Below are positions 55,622 through 64,000 of a DNA stretch of 64,000 nt, in pieces. Source of the DNA: a virus; IMG/VR virus record IMGVR_UViG_3300032313_001281, positions 12,793 to 76,792 of that record; one strand, given 5' to 3'. Each line of letters starts with the position of its first letter. Position 1 is the first letter of the stretch. The translations under genes and the position numbers were made by a program. Below the pieces are notes generated by a model, which worked only from the letters and a program-made list of their open reading frames with translations, was not told where the DNA came from and did not search any database.

Positions 55622-58600
55622 GCGTCCACACCCAGGATCTGTTTGACTTGTTGCACCCAACCCGACACATCACTGGAGCCAATCTCGTCGGTGTCACCCA
55701 CATTGTAGGCAACTTCTTCAATGGCCTGCACTACCTTGTCAAGACCAAACTCAACAATGAGATCAGTGTGTGCTACCAACATTCTACGCATGATGGCCAT
55801 TTCCACAGCTTCACCGCCGTCACTGTCTTCACGCACCATGCGTTGTTGCATGGTAATCCAACCCTCGGCTTCGGCCTGGCTTTCTAATTTTCGTATTTCT
55901 GCTTTAATGATCTGTTTGTTGGCTGAATTTGAATCAGCACTTATCATGCGCAACAGATAATCTCTGCGATCTAAGAAATCATTCTTGGTTACTATTTCCT
56001 TAGCTTCGTTGAGATCAGACTCAATCTTGGTTATGAGTCGGTCAGCGGCCAGACGGAAGTTCTTCATGCTTGGTGTTCCTATCCGTGCCTGCTCAATGGC
56101 TGCTTCTTCACTGTCACCACCACGTGTGATTGACACCGAGCGAGTTTTAGGATTAAAGAAAACTGTGTAGCCTTGTATCACACTCTTGAGTGGTATAGTG
56201 GTTCCGGGCATGCCAAACTCTTCTTTTATTCTACCTTCAAAGTTGTCTGTGGGCCTTTGTACAATTGATCCAGATTGACCTGCTGACTTTACTGTCGCTT
56301 GTGCTCCAGTGGCTGGCTGTTGTGCTCCGGTGGCGTTTTTCTTGCTAAGAGCATTGATAACACTGTCTGCGCCGTGTCCTGGCAGACCAGCCTTGTTTTG
56401 AAGAATCTTAAAGACCGCTTGTTTATTACTGGCATTGCCCAGAGCTGATGCCAAATCATTTTGATTTTGAATTTTGCCAGACTGAATCTGTTGTATGATT
56501 GTTGTGGGATTGGCTAGGTTAGGGCCGCCGGATGCTGATTGTGCTTGAGCAGCACCGGCTCCGCCTAAGGCCATTGCTCCAGCAAGTGCAGCACCAGCTA
56601 GAGTTGACTTCAATCCTTCAGTCATGTCCGAATGCAGTTGAAAATCATAGTCCACACGGTCCACAGCCTGTCCACGTTTGTTGTAGTAATCGGCCACATC
56701 AACTTCGTCGCTGGTCACACGTATGCGTTTTTTAGTGCCATCTTTGAAATACACTGTGTGTACATAATACTCGCCTGGTTTTAAGCTTTCTGACATGCTT
56801 TGCGATAATTTTTGTTTGAGTGATTGAATCTTTTGCTGATACATTTTGCATTTTGCATCATCACCGGCACGATTTGCAGCCAGAGCCAGTGCTTCCAACT
56901 TTGACATTTTCTTTTTCAGCTCATCAGTGCCTTCCGTCATGGAGTCATCTTCAAAGGGCAAAAACCAGAACCAGTTTTGGAATCCACCCGGGTTGGTGTC
57001 ATATTCCATGTGGGCACGATTCCTGGCTGTAGCCATCATCCTCTTGAACTCGCCTTCGGCACCATGCAGTTCAGCATAGTTTTCCAACTCGTCATACAGT
57101 TGGCCAGCAAGGAAACTGTCCCTGTGGCGTTCGATCTTGGGAGCCAAGCGGCGATATATTTCAGCCATGCCTGCTCGAACATTTTCTACTGTTTCATTTA
57201 CTCCGGGCTTGTCCGACTTGGCCACAATGGCCGCGGCCTCTCTGCGGCTGTCAGCATCCATACGCGGATCACTGAGTATGGCCTTGGCTGTGTCTAGTCT
57301 GTGTTTCACAGTGGCCGGATCTTGAGGATACTCTGGCACTCGGGCACGATCTAGTTCCACAGCTTCCATGTACTGTCTCATGAACTGATAGTAAGCACGC
57401 CCAATAGGCAAGCGATGACGCTTGATTATCATGCCAATCTGCCCCAGCAGGCGAGATTTGCTGTTTGCACCCAAAGCAGAATCTCTGCTAATGGCCTGTA
57501 TGGCTGCTCGCACTGCATCTACATCATTTTCAGCATCAATGGCCAGATAACGATGTATGAGTTCTTGTGGCTGACCTTCTCGCATGAGATCTTGCCAGTG
57601 TTGCTTAGGACCAATGCCACCCCCGTGTTCTTTTATCTTGGACTCGGCTGCTTTTCTCTCACCATCGTTGTCTGCTTTTCTCTCACCATCGTTGTCTGCT
57701 TTTCTTCCATCAAGTGCTGCTTTTCTCATACTTGCTGGAGGTGGTTTAATGGTATCAAGTGGTCGCTCACTGGAAAAACCTTTAGTGAGTTGTCGTGCCA
57801 TAGATCCCATGGCTGATTTGGTCGGAATTGGTTTGGATTCAGGTTCTGCCACTTGTTTAACAGGTTCTGCTGATACTGGGGCACCCACATCAATTATGCC
57901 GCCCTGGGCTACGTCAGCAGAGACTTGTGGCACAGTTGTTTTAGTTTTAGTGGCGGCCTTTTTGGTGCCAGTCATTTGACCAATGGCCTGTTGCAGTCGA
58001 TCATTGGTGGCCTGTACCTGTGCCAGGCGTTGTTCTAGGCTGTTGTTTTCTTGATCAAGTCCGTCAATTTCGCCACCCTGTTGTTTGTCCAGATCAACCA
58101 GTTGTTTAAGCAGGGCATCTTGTTTTTCATTGGCACCACGTATGGCTGCCAGTTGTTGTCGACTGCGTTCTGCACTGTCTATTTCTGCACTAGCCACAGC
58201 TTCAATGTCGCTACGCACAGCAGGATATCGCGCACGGAGTTTTTGAAGTTCCCTAGCAACCTTGACGTCACCGGCTTCTAGATCGTCGCTGTTAGACTTT
58301 TTTTTTTCTTGCAACGGCAGTTCGCCCTGTGTGGGTATGCCAGGTAAGGATGGTTGTACTTGTTGTGTGGTCCAACCCAGTTGTTTGAGGATTTTTTTAG
58401 TTTCGTCACCACTGGGTAGCACACGATAGATGAAATAATTTTTGGCTTGGTCGCTTTCCAGGCCATCATAATAGTCACTGATAAGATCCAGTCCCTTTTG
58501 ATCCAGTTTGAAATTTTCTTCGGGTCGAATGAATTCCAAACTCACAATGGGAATGTTGCCCATGTTGGCTTTGACCAGGCGCTGGAAATTGGCCACACCC

Positions 58601-59052
58601 AGAGCACGAGGATTTACTGTTTGTTGTTCTTCGTCCATGGGCTCGGGTTCGCCTTTGATAAAGGCCCGGAGACCAGCACCCACATTGGCCAAGGGACCTT
58701 TCTTGGATCGTTGTGCCAGTTGTGCCATTTTTTGTCGAGGATCTTGAACATCACCGACACCTTTTGGCTCAGGTTTGACATAGGCAAATGGATCCTGCTT
58801 GCTGGGAACTTGTTGTTCTTGAGTTTGAGTTTTACGATCTAAAATAATGTCCAGGCGTTTTTGAACCAGTTCTTCGTATTCTTTTTCCAGCTTGGAAACT
58901 TGCGCAGGATCAAGTCGTCTACTGCGTAGTTGTGTGCGTATGTCCATGGCTCTTTGACTCAAGGGCTCAATGAGATGAGCAATGGCATCATCTACAGCAC
59001 CTTCGTGCAATTTTTTCTCATATCGTGAGTTAAACAAATCTATACTTAACAT
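55618..59052 (-). CDS. 1144-aa modular putative internal virion polyprotein
   Basis: Coiled coils and many hydrophobic-x-E junctions. Confidence 0.75.
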   Translation of the reverse strand: MLSIDLFNSRYEKKLHEGAVDDAIAHLIEPLSQRAMDIRTQLRSRRLDPAQVSKLEKEYEELVQKRLDIILDRKTQTQEQQVPSKQDPFAYVKPEPKGVGDVQDPRQKMAQLAQRSKKGPLANVGAGLRAFIKGEPEPMDEEQQTVNPRALGVANFQRLVKANMGNIPIVSLEFIRPEENFKLDQKGLDLISDYYDGLESDQAKNYFIYRVLPSGDETKKILKQLGWTTQQVQPSLPGIPTQGELPLQEKKKSNSDDLEAGDVKVARELQKLRARYPAVRSDIEAVASAEIDSAERSRQQLAAIRGANEKQDALLKQLVDLDKQQGGEIDGLDQENNSLEQRLAQVQATNDRLQQAIGQMTGTKKAATKTKTTVPQVSADVAQGGIIDVGAPVSAEPVKQVAEPESKPIPTKSAMGSMARQLTKGFSSERPLDTIKPPPASMRKAALDGRKADNDGERKADNDGERKAAESKIKEHGGGIGPKQHWQDLMREGQPQELIHRYLAIDAENDVDAVRAAIQAISRDSALGANSKSRLLGQIGMIIKRHRLPIGRAYYQFMRQYMEAVELDRARVPEYPQDPATVKHRLDTAKAILSDPRMDADSRREAAAIVAKSDKPGVNETVENVRAGMAEIYRRLAPKIERHRDSFLAGQLYDELENYAELHGAEGEFKRMMATARNRAHMEYDTNPGGFQNWFWFLPFEDDSMTEGTDELKKKMSKLEALALAANRAGDDAKCKMYQQKIQSLKQKLSQSMSESLKPGEYYVHTVYFKDGTKKRIRVTSDEVDVADYYNKRGQAVDRVDYDFQLHSDMTEGLKSTLAGAALAGAMALGGAGAAQAQSASGGPNLANPTTIIQQIQSGKIQNQNDLASALGNASNKQAVFKILQNKAGLPGHGADSVINALSKKNATGAQQPATGAQATVKSAGQSGSIVQRPTDNFEGRIKEEFGMPGTTIPLKSVIQGYTVFFNPKTRSVSITRGGDSEEAAIEQARIGTPSMKNFRLAADRLITKIESDLNEAKEIVTKNDFLDRRDYLLRMISADSNSANKQIIKAEIRKLESQAEAEGWITMQQRMVREDSDGGEAVEMAIMRRMLVAHTDLIVEFGLDKVVQAIEEVAYNVGDTDEIGSSDVSGWVQQVKQILGVDA
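57648..57705. repeat. 24-bp in-frame tandem repeat (about 2.4 copies)
   Basis: ctgcttttctctcaccatcgttgt x2 plus partial; encodes RKADNDGE repeats. Confidence 0.9.
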
Positions 59053-59774
59053 TATTCTTCTTCCAGGTAATCTTGTGATTCATCTTGCTTCTTTTTTCTA
59101 GCAACAAACATTTCAATGGCCATTTCGGCCTGGTCCAAGTTTCGAAAACGTGAAGGCATGCAACGGCCTCCACTGCGAATTTCAAAGCCATCGCGTTCAT
59201 TGCCATGCATTTCGTAAACACCGTATTCATTCATGACAGTCTTGACTGCGGCAGACTCCGTCTGAGGCTCTGGAGCATCATAGGGACTTTCTCCACGCTG
59301 GTAAGCAAGATCGCTAGGCAAATCTTGTTGTTCATCATCGTCGGGGTCTGTAGCCGCTGGTCGGTCCTTGGCTTTTAGACCGCGATCCTTCTTGTCGCGG
59401 CTTTTGAGATCTGTATCTTCTTGTTTCTTTTCTTTGATGTCAGAATCTTTGATCTGTTCTTCGGCCTGTTTGATAAAGTCTTTGAATGATCGTTGCACTT
59501 TGGCCAACACATCTTCGGCCATGTCTGCTTCCAGCATGGCCGCTTCATGTTCTACACTTTCGTCACTGCCGACCATGTAGCCCGACATGGGATTTTTGGC
59601 ATTAGGATCGCCGCCAAGTATTTTTTGTGTTTTAGGTTTGAACAAGGCTGGCATCTGTGGCACTGACCGTTGTTGTGGATTGAGACCTTTCTTTACACCA
59701 GTGGGAGTGATGCGGCCTTCAAGGATGGCCAGTTTTTCCACGATGGTGTAGATGTCGTTATGGTCTTGTGCCAC
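59052..59774 (-). CDS. acidic hypothetical protein (putative virion-associated)
   Basis: 240 aa, ends DYLEEE. Confidence 0.65.
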   Translation of the reverse strand: MAQDHNDIYTIVEKLAILEGRITPTGVKKGLNPQQRSVPQMPALFKPKTQKILGGDPNAKNPMSGYMVGSDESVEHEAAMLEADMAEDVLAKVQRSFKDFIKQAEEQIKDSDIKEKKQEDTDLKSRDKKDRGLKAKDRPAATDPDDDEQQDLPSDLAYQRGESPYDAPEPQTESAAVKTVMNEYGVYEMHGNERDGFEIRSGGRCMPSRFRNLDQAEMAIEMFVARKKKQDESQDYLEEE

Positions 59775-59777
59775 GGT

Positions 59778-60218
59778 TCATGCCCTTGTGTCTTTCAAAT
59801 AACTGCGTAGTTGCCATGCATATTTGCCGTGTGAGCTTTGGCGTTCTGCGGCAAAATTTGCAACATCTTCACGACCGTCGGCAGCGGCAGCATCAAATAC
59901 TTGCTTGCTCATGTCAATCATGGTCTGTGTATCTGCGAGTAATTCTTCTAACATTAATCGGGCACGAGGGACCTTGGTCTGTCCCTGTATCATGCTAAGT
60001 TCCTGATAGCGTTCAAAGCTGCCAGGTGCATATTCTTCTGTGGTACGGATGTATTCAGCAATGGGATCTACGGCATCAAATGCATCTTCGTAGATCTTTG
60101 AAAGAAATTTGTGTAACTCACCAAAATCTGGACCTTCCACATTCCAATGGAACATGTGTGCTTTTAGGTAATAAGCAAATGTTGATGCCAAATAGGTTTT
60201 TAATAAATCAGCGAGCAC
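59778..60218 (-). CDS. dps: Dps/ferritin-like DNA-protection protein
   Basis: HWNVEGPDF..LH, D.IAE, H.K..W.L. Confidence 0.9.
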   Translation of the reverse strand: MLADLLKTYLASTFAYYLKAHMFHWNVEGPDFGELHKFLSKIYEDAFDAVDPIAEYIRTTEEYAPGSFERYQELSMIQGQTKVPRARLMLEELLADTQTMIDMSKQVFDAAAADGREDVANFAAERQSSHGKYAWQLRSYLKDTRA

Positions 60219-60411
60219 GTGACTTCTTTCCTTTTTTCATATAGGCGGGAGTATTCGGATACGGATCCGCACTGTTAGAGTATTTACCAGAAAAGAACGA
60301 TCCGCTGTTTCTTGTTATCATCCCGCCCAGGGGCATGGCAACAGGTGCTATGCTACCTGCAGTGGTGCTGGCAACGCTGGCGTTTTCTGCTATAAACTCA
60401 CTGGCTCTCAT
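60208..60411 (-). CDS. small putative internal virion protein
   Basis: MRASEFIAE N-terminus. Confidence 0.7.
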   Translation of the reverse strand: MRASEFIAENASVASTTAGSIAPVAMPLGGMITRNSGSFFSGKYSNSADPYPNTPAYMKKGKKSRAR

Positions 60412-60694
60412 CTTGTATCCTTAACAACACATTGTTTTTTACGCTTCCTGGACCCAGATCCACACGCACATTGCTGACCGTGAGTTGCGCCAAGCAAGGC
60501 TGTACCAGTTCCCAACGCAACCGGTATTTGCCAGGTTCTGCTTCGATCTGCAACATTTCTTCCAGATAGCTATCAGTCCAGCGCCAGGTACGTTCAGCAA
60601 ACAGTTCATCGTTGACATACACGCGATAGGAGGGCATGAGTCCTTCCCAATCACAGTCCACATCAGCCAACACACGCACAAACTTTTTGCTCAT
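60398..60694 (-). CDS. hypothetical protein
   Basis: YRVYVNDELFAERTW. Confidence 0.7.
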   Translation of the reverse strand: MSKKFVRVLADVDCDWEGLMPSYRVYVNDELFAERTWRWTDSYLEEMLQIEAEPGKYRLRWELVQPCLAQLTVSNVRVDLGPGSVKNNVLLRIQDESQ

Positions 60695-60712
60695 GCTGTA
60701 TTTAGCGATGTA

Positions 60713-60901
60713 TTATTTTACTTCTTTTACACTGCCTATGTGCCAGTCCTCAACTCCATACTGACTTCGCATGAGTCTACGGGCATCGTTCATGTTGGGG
60801 GCCGTGACTGTCACTTCTATGTAGCCGGTGTAGTTGGGTTGTTGGATACGCACAGGTGCGGTCCACAGTTTGTATTTGGGATATATTTCTTGAGCTTTCA
60901 T
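60713..60901 (-). CDS. small hypothetical protein
   Basis: MKAQEIY start, ATGA overlap. Confidence 0.65.
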   Translation of the reverse strand: MKAQEIYPKYKLWTAPVRIQQPNYTGYIEVTVTAPNMNDARRLMRSQYGVEDWHIGSVKEVK

Positions 60902-62085
60902 TGGCCTGTCCATCGAGCCACCATTGTGGTGTCTGGTCTAGTATATATGCCCGTTCCGGGTCTGCTGCTTCGCATGCTGCGGCGGCCAGCACGCACAGGA
61001 AATGTGTAGTGCGTGTAGTTTTCATCCTGTAACACAATGTTGTCCCCAGGTCTGGGTCGATAGTCTGATGTGCGATCCATAGCAGACCCTACTACTTCTA
61101 CTCCTGGTATGCTGTTCAACATGAGCCACATTTTTTGACCGTAGCCGGTTTGTAGTTGGCCAGCTTCTACTGGTAGTCTAAGTATGCTGAGTGCTATGCC
61201 GTAAAGAGCCTTGGCAATGCCACGGCCACGGTGTTGAGGATCCACTGCTAGATTTTCTACACTCCATGTTTTCATTGGACCACGGGTGTCTGCTAGATCC
61301 AGTTCGCCCACTATCTTATCCTGGTCAAATATCATGATCTCTAGAAATTCTGTATCTTTTTGGTTGATGCCATAGGTCAAGCCGGATCCGCCAGGCAGTT
61401 CTTTGCGGGCTACGTCTGGCACACGTTCCGTGTCAATGGTGCCGGCTGTGCCGTAATCACCTTGTGGTATGCGGGCTATTTCTGTTACAGCACTCTCATT
61501 GGTTCTGTGATATTCTGACGCTTGGCCATTGGGATCCACGTGCCAGGCATAAAATTTGCTGTAGGGATAATCCTGCTTCAAACTCAAGAAAGCATTCAAG
61601 TTGGGCACTGAATCATCATACATGATCAGCTTGTCAAAATGCTCTTTGCCCAACAGGTGTTTAAGAATGATTTTTTTCTTTTCTTCTGTGGCTGCTTTGA
61701 TGGCCATGTTGCCGGCACGATACACATGTACCTGATCCATGTCTATGCCAAAGCGTCGGAATGTGTCCAGGAACACATCACGATCATTGAAGTCCGATCT
61801 AGCAGTAAGCATGATCACTCTGTTGCCAGTGGCTATGTCTTGTTTTAACTGTCGGATCATGCCAGGTATGGGCTTGGCCTTGGTAAAAAACTCTCTAGCA
61901 TCCTTGAATGCTCCAAAGTCAAATGTTTCACCGGGGCCCAGTTTATAGTGCGTAAAGTCGTGGCTGTTCAATTGTTTAATGATTTTGCCATCCTGAACCA
62001 CATTGACTCTAGTATCGGTGTTGACCAAAGTGTCGTCAATGTCGAATATGACCAGTTTTCCGGATCCTAGTTCTTGTGCTCTCAT
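60898..62085 (-). CDS. HAD-superfamily phosphatase domain + GNAT-like domain fusion
   Basis: FDIDDTL, LTAR, YDD..NL; then V.PQHRGRGIAKALY acetyl-CoA motif after a VTE linker. Confidence 0.75.
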   Translation of the reverse strand: MRAQELGSGKLVIFDIDDTLVNTDTRVNVVQDGKIIKQLNSHDFTHYKLGPGETFDFGAFKDAREFFTKAKPIPGMIRQLKQDIATGNRVIMLTARSDFNDRDVFLDTFRRFGIDMDQVHVYRAGNMAIKAATEEKKKIILKHLLGKEHFDKLIMYDDSVPNLNAFLSLKQDYPYSKFYAWHVDPNGQASEYHRTNESAVTEIARIPQGDYGTAGTIDTERVPDVARKELPGGSGLTYGINQKDTEFLEIMIFDQDKIVGELDLADTRGPMKTWSVENLAVDPQHRGRGIAKALYGIALSILRLPVEAGQLQTGYGQKMWLMLNSIPGVEVVGSAMDRTSDYRPRPGDNIVLQDENYTHYTFPVRAGRRSMRSSRPGTGIYTRPDTTMVARWTGQ

Positions 62086-62792
62086 TTTTGATCCAATTCC
62101 TGAAACAGTTTTACCAGATGTTTGGCTTGGGTGCCAAATACCAATTTCATTTGTGATCCTGTGTAAAGATAAGCTGCTGCTTCTTCGTCTACATGATTCA
62201 CATAGTCCAGTTTCTTGATCAGCGTTTGCGTTATAGCTTTGAATGCAGGATCATTTTTGTGTGCTTGGATCAAGGCATCGGCTTGGCTCTTGAATGTGCT
62301 GTCTAAATAATACCTAGCATGGAACATTTCGTGTCTCAAGGTGGCTGAGTCCGTGCCTCCTACACCGATTACACAATATTTTTTTAGTCCTTTGGAGGCC
62401 CGGTTGACTGCATCCACCATGACCTGTTCAGCACTGGTCAAGCCACCTGCAGAACGTTTCCAGGCCCGGAATGCATGATCTGGAATGTTGAATCCGTCCC
62501 AGAATTTGAAATAGTCCACATTGCCTGCACGATCCATCCAGTTGTCCAAGAAATCTACCAAACTAACCGAACGATCGCTACCGCCATAGTGTTTGCCATC
62601 GTAGTATTCGGTCACACGGAAGAAACTGCGGGCCACATCGGGCACAGTTTTGTACTTTAATAATATGCAACCATCAAAGGGCTCGCTGACTTGGACGTCA
62701 CTGTTTTTGAAGTCCAGATCTTGTTTGTGGTCAAAATAGTTGTCCAGGGTCTTTTTAGTCCAACGCTCGATTAGGAATTCTGTGGCTCTCAT
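62082..62792 (-). CDS. putative zincin metallopeptidase-like protein
   Basis: MRATEFLIE start; HEMFH...DE. Confidence 0.55.
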   Translation of the reverse strand: MRATEFLIERWTKKTLDNYFDHKQDLDFKNSDVQVSEPFDGCILLKYKTVPDVARSFFRVTEYYDGKHYGGSDRSVSLVDFLDNWMDRAGNVDYFKFWDGFNIPDHAFRAWKRSAGGLTSAEQVMVDAVNRASKGLKKYCVIGVGGTDSATLRHEMFHARYYLDSTFKSQADALIQAHKNDPAFKAITQTLIKKLDYVNHVDEEAAAYLYTGSQMKLVFGTQAKHLVKLFQELDQK

Positions 62793-64000
62793 TTTTTTAC
62801 AGATTCAAAATTTTTGTAATTTGATGAACGACGTATCTCACTGGGTTGTGTGCCAGGAAGAGTAGACTTAGCCTGTGGTGCTTGTGGTTGTTGTTGAATG
62901 CTAAGTGCAGCCGCATCTTCTGCTTTTGCCTTGAGCATATTTAGAGTTCTGCGATCCATAATACGACCATCTTCTTTGGCACGGCGAACTAACTCATTAT
63001 AATAGCGTTGAGTCAAATTGGCTTTAGTTTGAATTTGCTGTATTTCAGCTGGAGTTAACTTCTTATTAAAAACGTCAGTGTCGTCTTGGGCAGTGCCGCC
63101 ACCCAGGGCCATTCCAGCACCCAACACACCGGCTGCAACATTTTGCTTCCAACCTTCATCCATTTCAGATTCATTCTTTTTGCCCGACTTCATGTTGGCA
63201 CACCAATGATACATCCGGGCTTTTTCCCCACTTGCACGTTTGGCACGGGCTCGTAGATCAGTCACACTTCCGTTGCAACTGGCTCCACTACGTTTTACAC
63301 GTCCTGGGCGACTTTTACCTTTGACTCGACCGTCGGCAAAGTTTTCTTTAACAGTGTCTAAAAATGCTACTTCGTCTGGAATACCAAGTTTTTTAATGCT
63401 CCAAAGTATTTGATTGTATTTGCCATCATATAACATAGTTCCTGGGCCTTGACGATTTAATCCCAATTCAGCAGCCTTATACATACTGGGTTTGAGATGT
63501 TCACCAGCTTCAGCAGGCCAACCACCCTTGGCAACATTGTATAGTGTGACTAAACTAAATCCCTCAGCATCGGGTTCCCAGCCATTGGGACCATGCGGAT
63601 CTACTACAAATATAGCACCACGTTTGATGAGTTCAGGAACATTTAATGGGCGCCTTGGCAAATTATAAGTTGCTGGATTGGCATTATATTTGCCTTCCGA
63701 CATACCTTGTTGATCCTTGATCCCAACATAAGCTCGGATTGTAGGAATGCCCAACTCTTTCGCCGCTACAGCTCTATGGTATCCATCTAATATATAACCG
63801 TCGCCCATCACAATAGGAGGCGCTTTGGAAAAATCCATCTGCTTATAACGTTCTACCTTGGCTGGATCCAATCCAGCCAACTCTGTTTTAAGTGTGTTGG
63901 TTGGAATATTTTTCAACGCAAACTTGCCAAAAGTGTTTATGTGATCAAGATAATCCTGATGTAGATTTGTATCGTGATGCTGTCTTAGATACGCAATCAT
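62789..64000 (-). CDS. modular protein with ParB/Srx-like domain (probably begins beyond the window)
   Basis: PPIV....ILDGYHR..AA..LG; later modules after MSE, VKE, MDE. Confidence 0.7.
   Translation of the reverse strand: MIAYLRQHHDTNLHQDYLDHINTFGKFALKNIPTNTLKTELAGLDPAKVERYKQMDFSKAPPIVMGDGYILDGYHRAVAAKELGIPTIRAYVGIKDQQGMSEGKYNANPATYNLPRRPLNVPELIKRGAIFVVDPHGPNGWEPDAEGFSLVTLYNVAKGGWPAEAGEHLKPSMYKAAELGLNRQGPGTMLYDGKYNQILWSIKKLGIPDEVAFLDTVKENFADGRVKGKSRPGRVKRSGASCNGSVTDLRARAKRASGEKARMYHWCANMKSGKKNESEMDEGWKQNVAAGVLGAGMALGGGTAQDDTDVFNKKLTPAEIQQIQTKANLTQRYYNELVRRAKEDGRIMDRRTLNMLKAKAEDAAALSIQQQPQAPQAKSTLPGTQPSEIRRSSNYKNFESVKK

Noticed and set aside
55618-59052. Tape-measure or tail fibre identity for the 1144-aa ORF
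   Set aside because: No periodic tape-measure pattern or fibre repeats, no neighbouring tail genes, and a mosaic composition

Overview
A 64 kb segment of a large dsDNA tailed phage (T4-related/jumbo-type gene content). It is densely coded and almost entirely on the minus strand, with one plus-strand gene at 12789-13817. Bug/TctC, DctP, a TorF-like porin, RpoZ and the tmRNA suggest a proteobacterial host. Left to right: (1) a metallopeptidase-vWA gene (cut by the window edge, missing from the ORF track) and a MoxR-like AAA ATPase, separated by seven small paralogues. (2) tRNA genes (Thr, Glu, Leu, Trp, Cys, Met, Ile2/Met and a chimeric pseudo-Leu), rpoZ and a two-piece permuted tmRNA. (3) Two copies of a PP-loop enzyme + Bug solute-binding protein module, plus DctP. 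(4) RNase H/5'-3' exonuclease. (5) A 7-deazaguanine DNA-modification region (dpdA-like, folE, queD, queE, dpdL-like; no queC seen) interleaved with nucleotide-sugar enzymes and glycosyltransferases, with a preQ1-I-like pseudoknot upstream of queD. (6) A clamp-like protein and family B DNA polymerase. (7) About 10 kb of modular Glu-punctuated proteins with T4 capsid-targeting-like N-termini. All calls come from motif recognition by eye; no searches were run.
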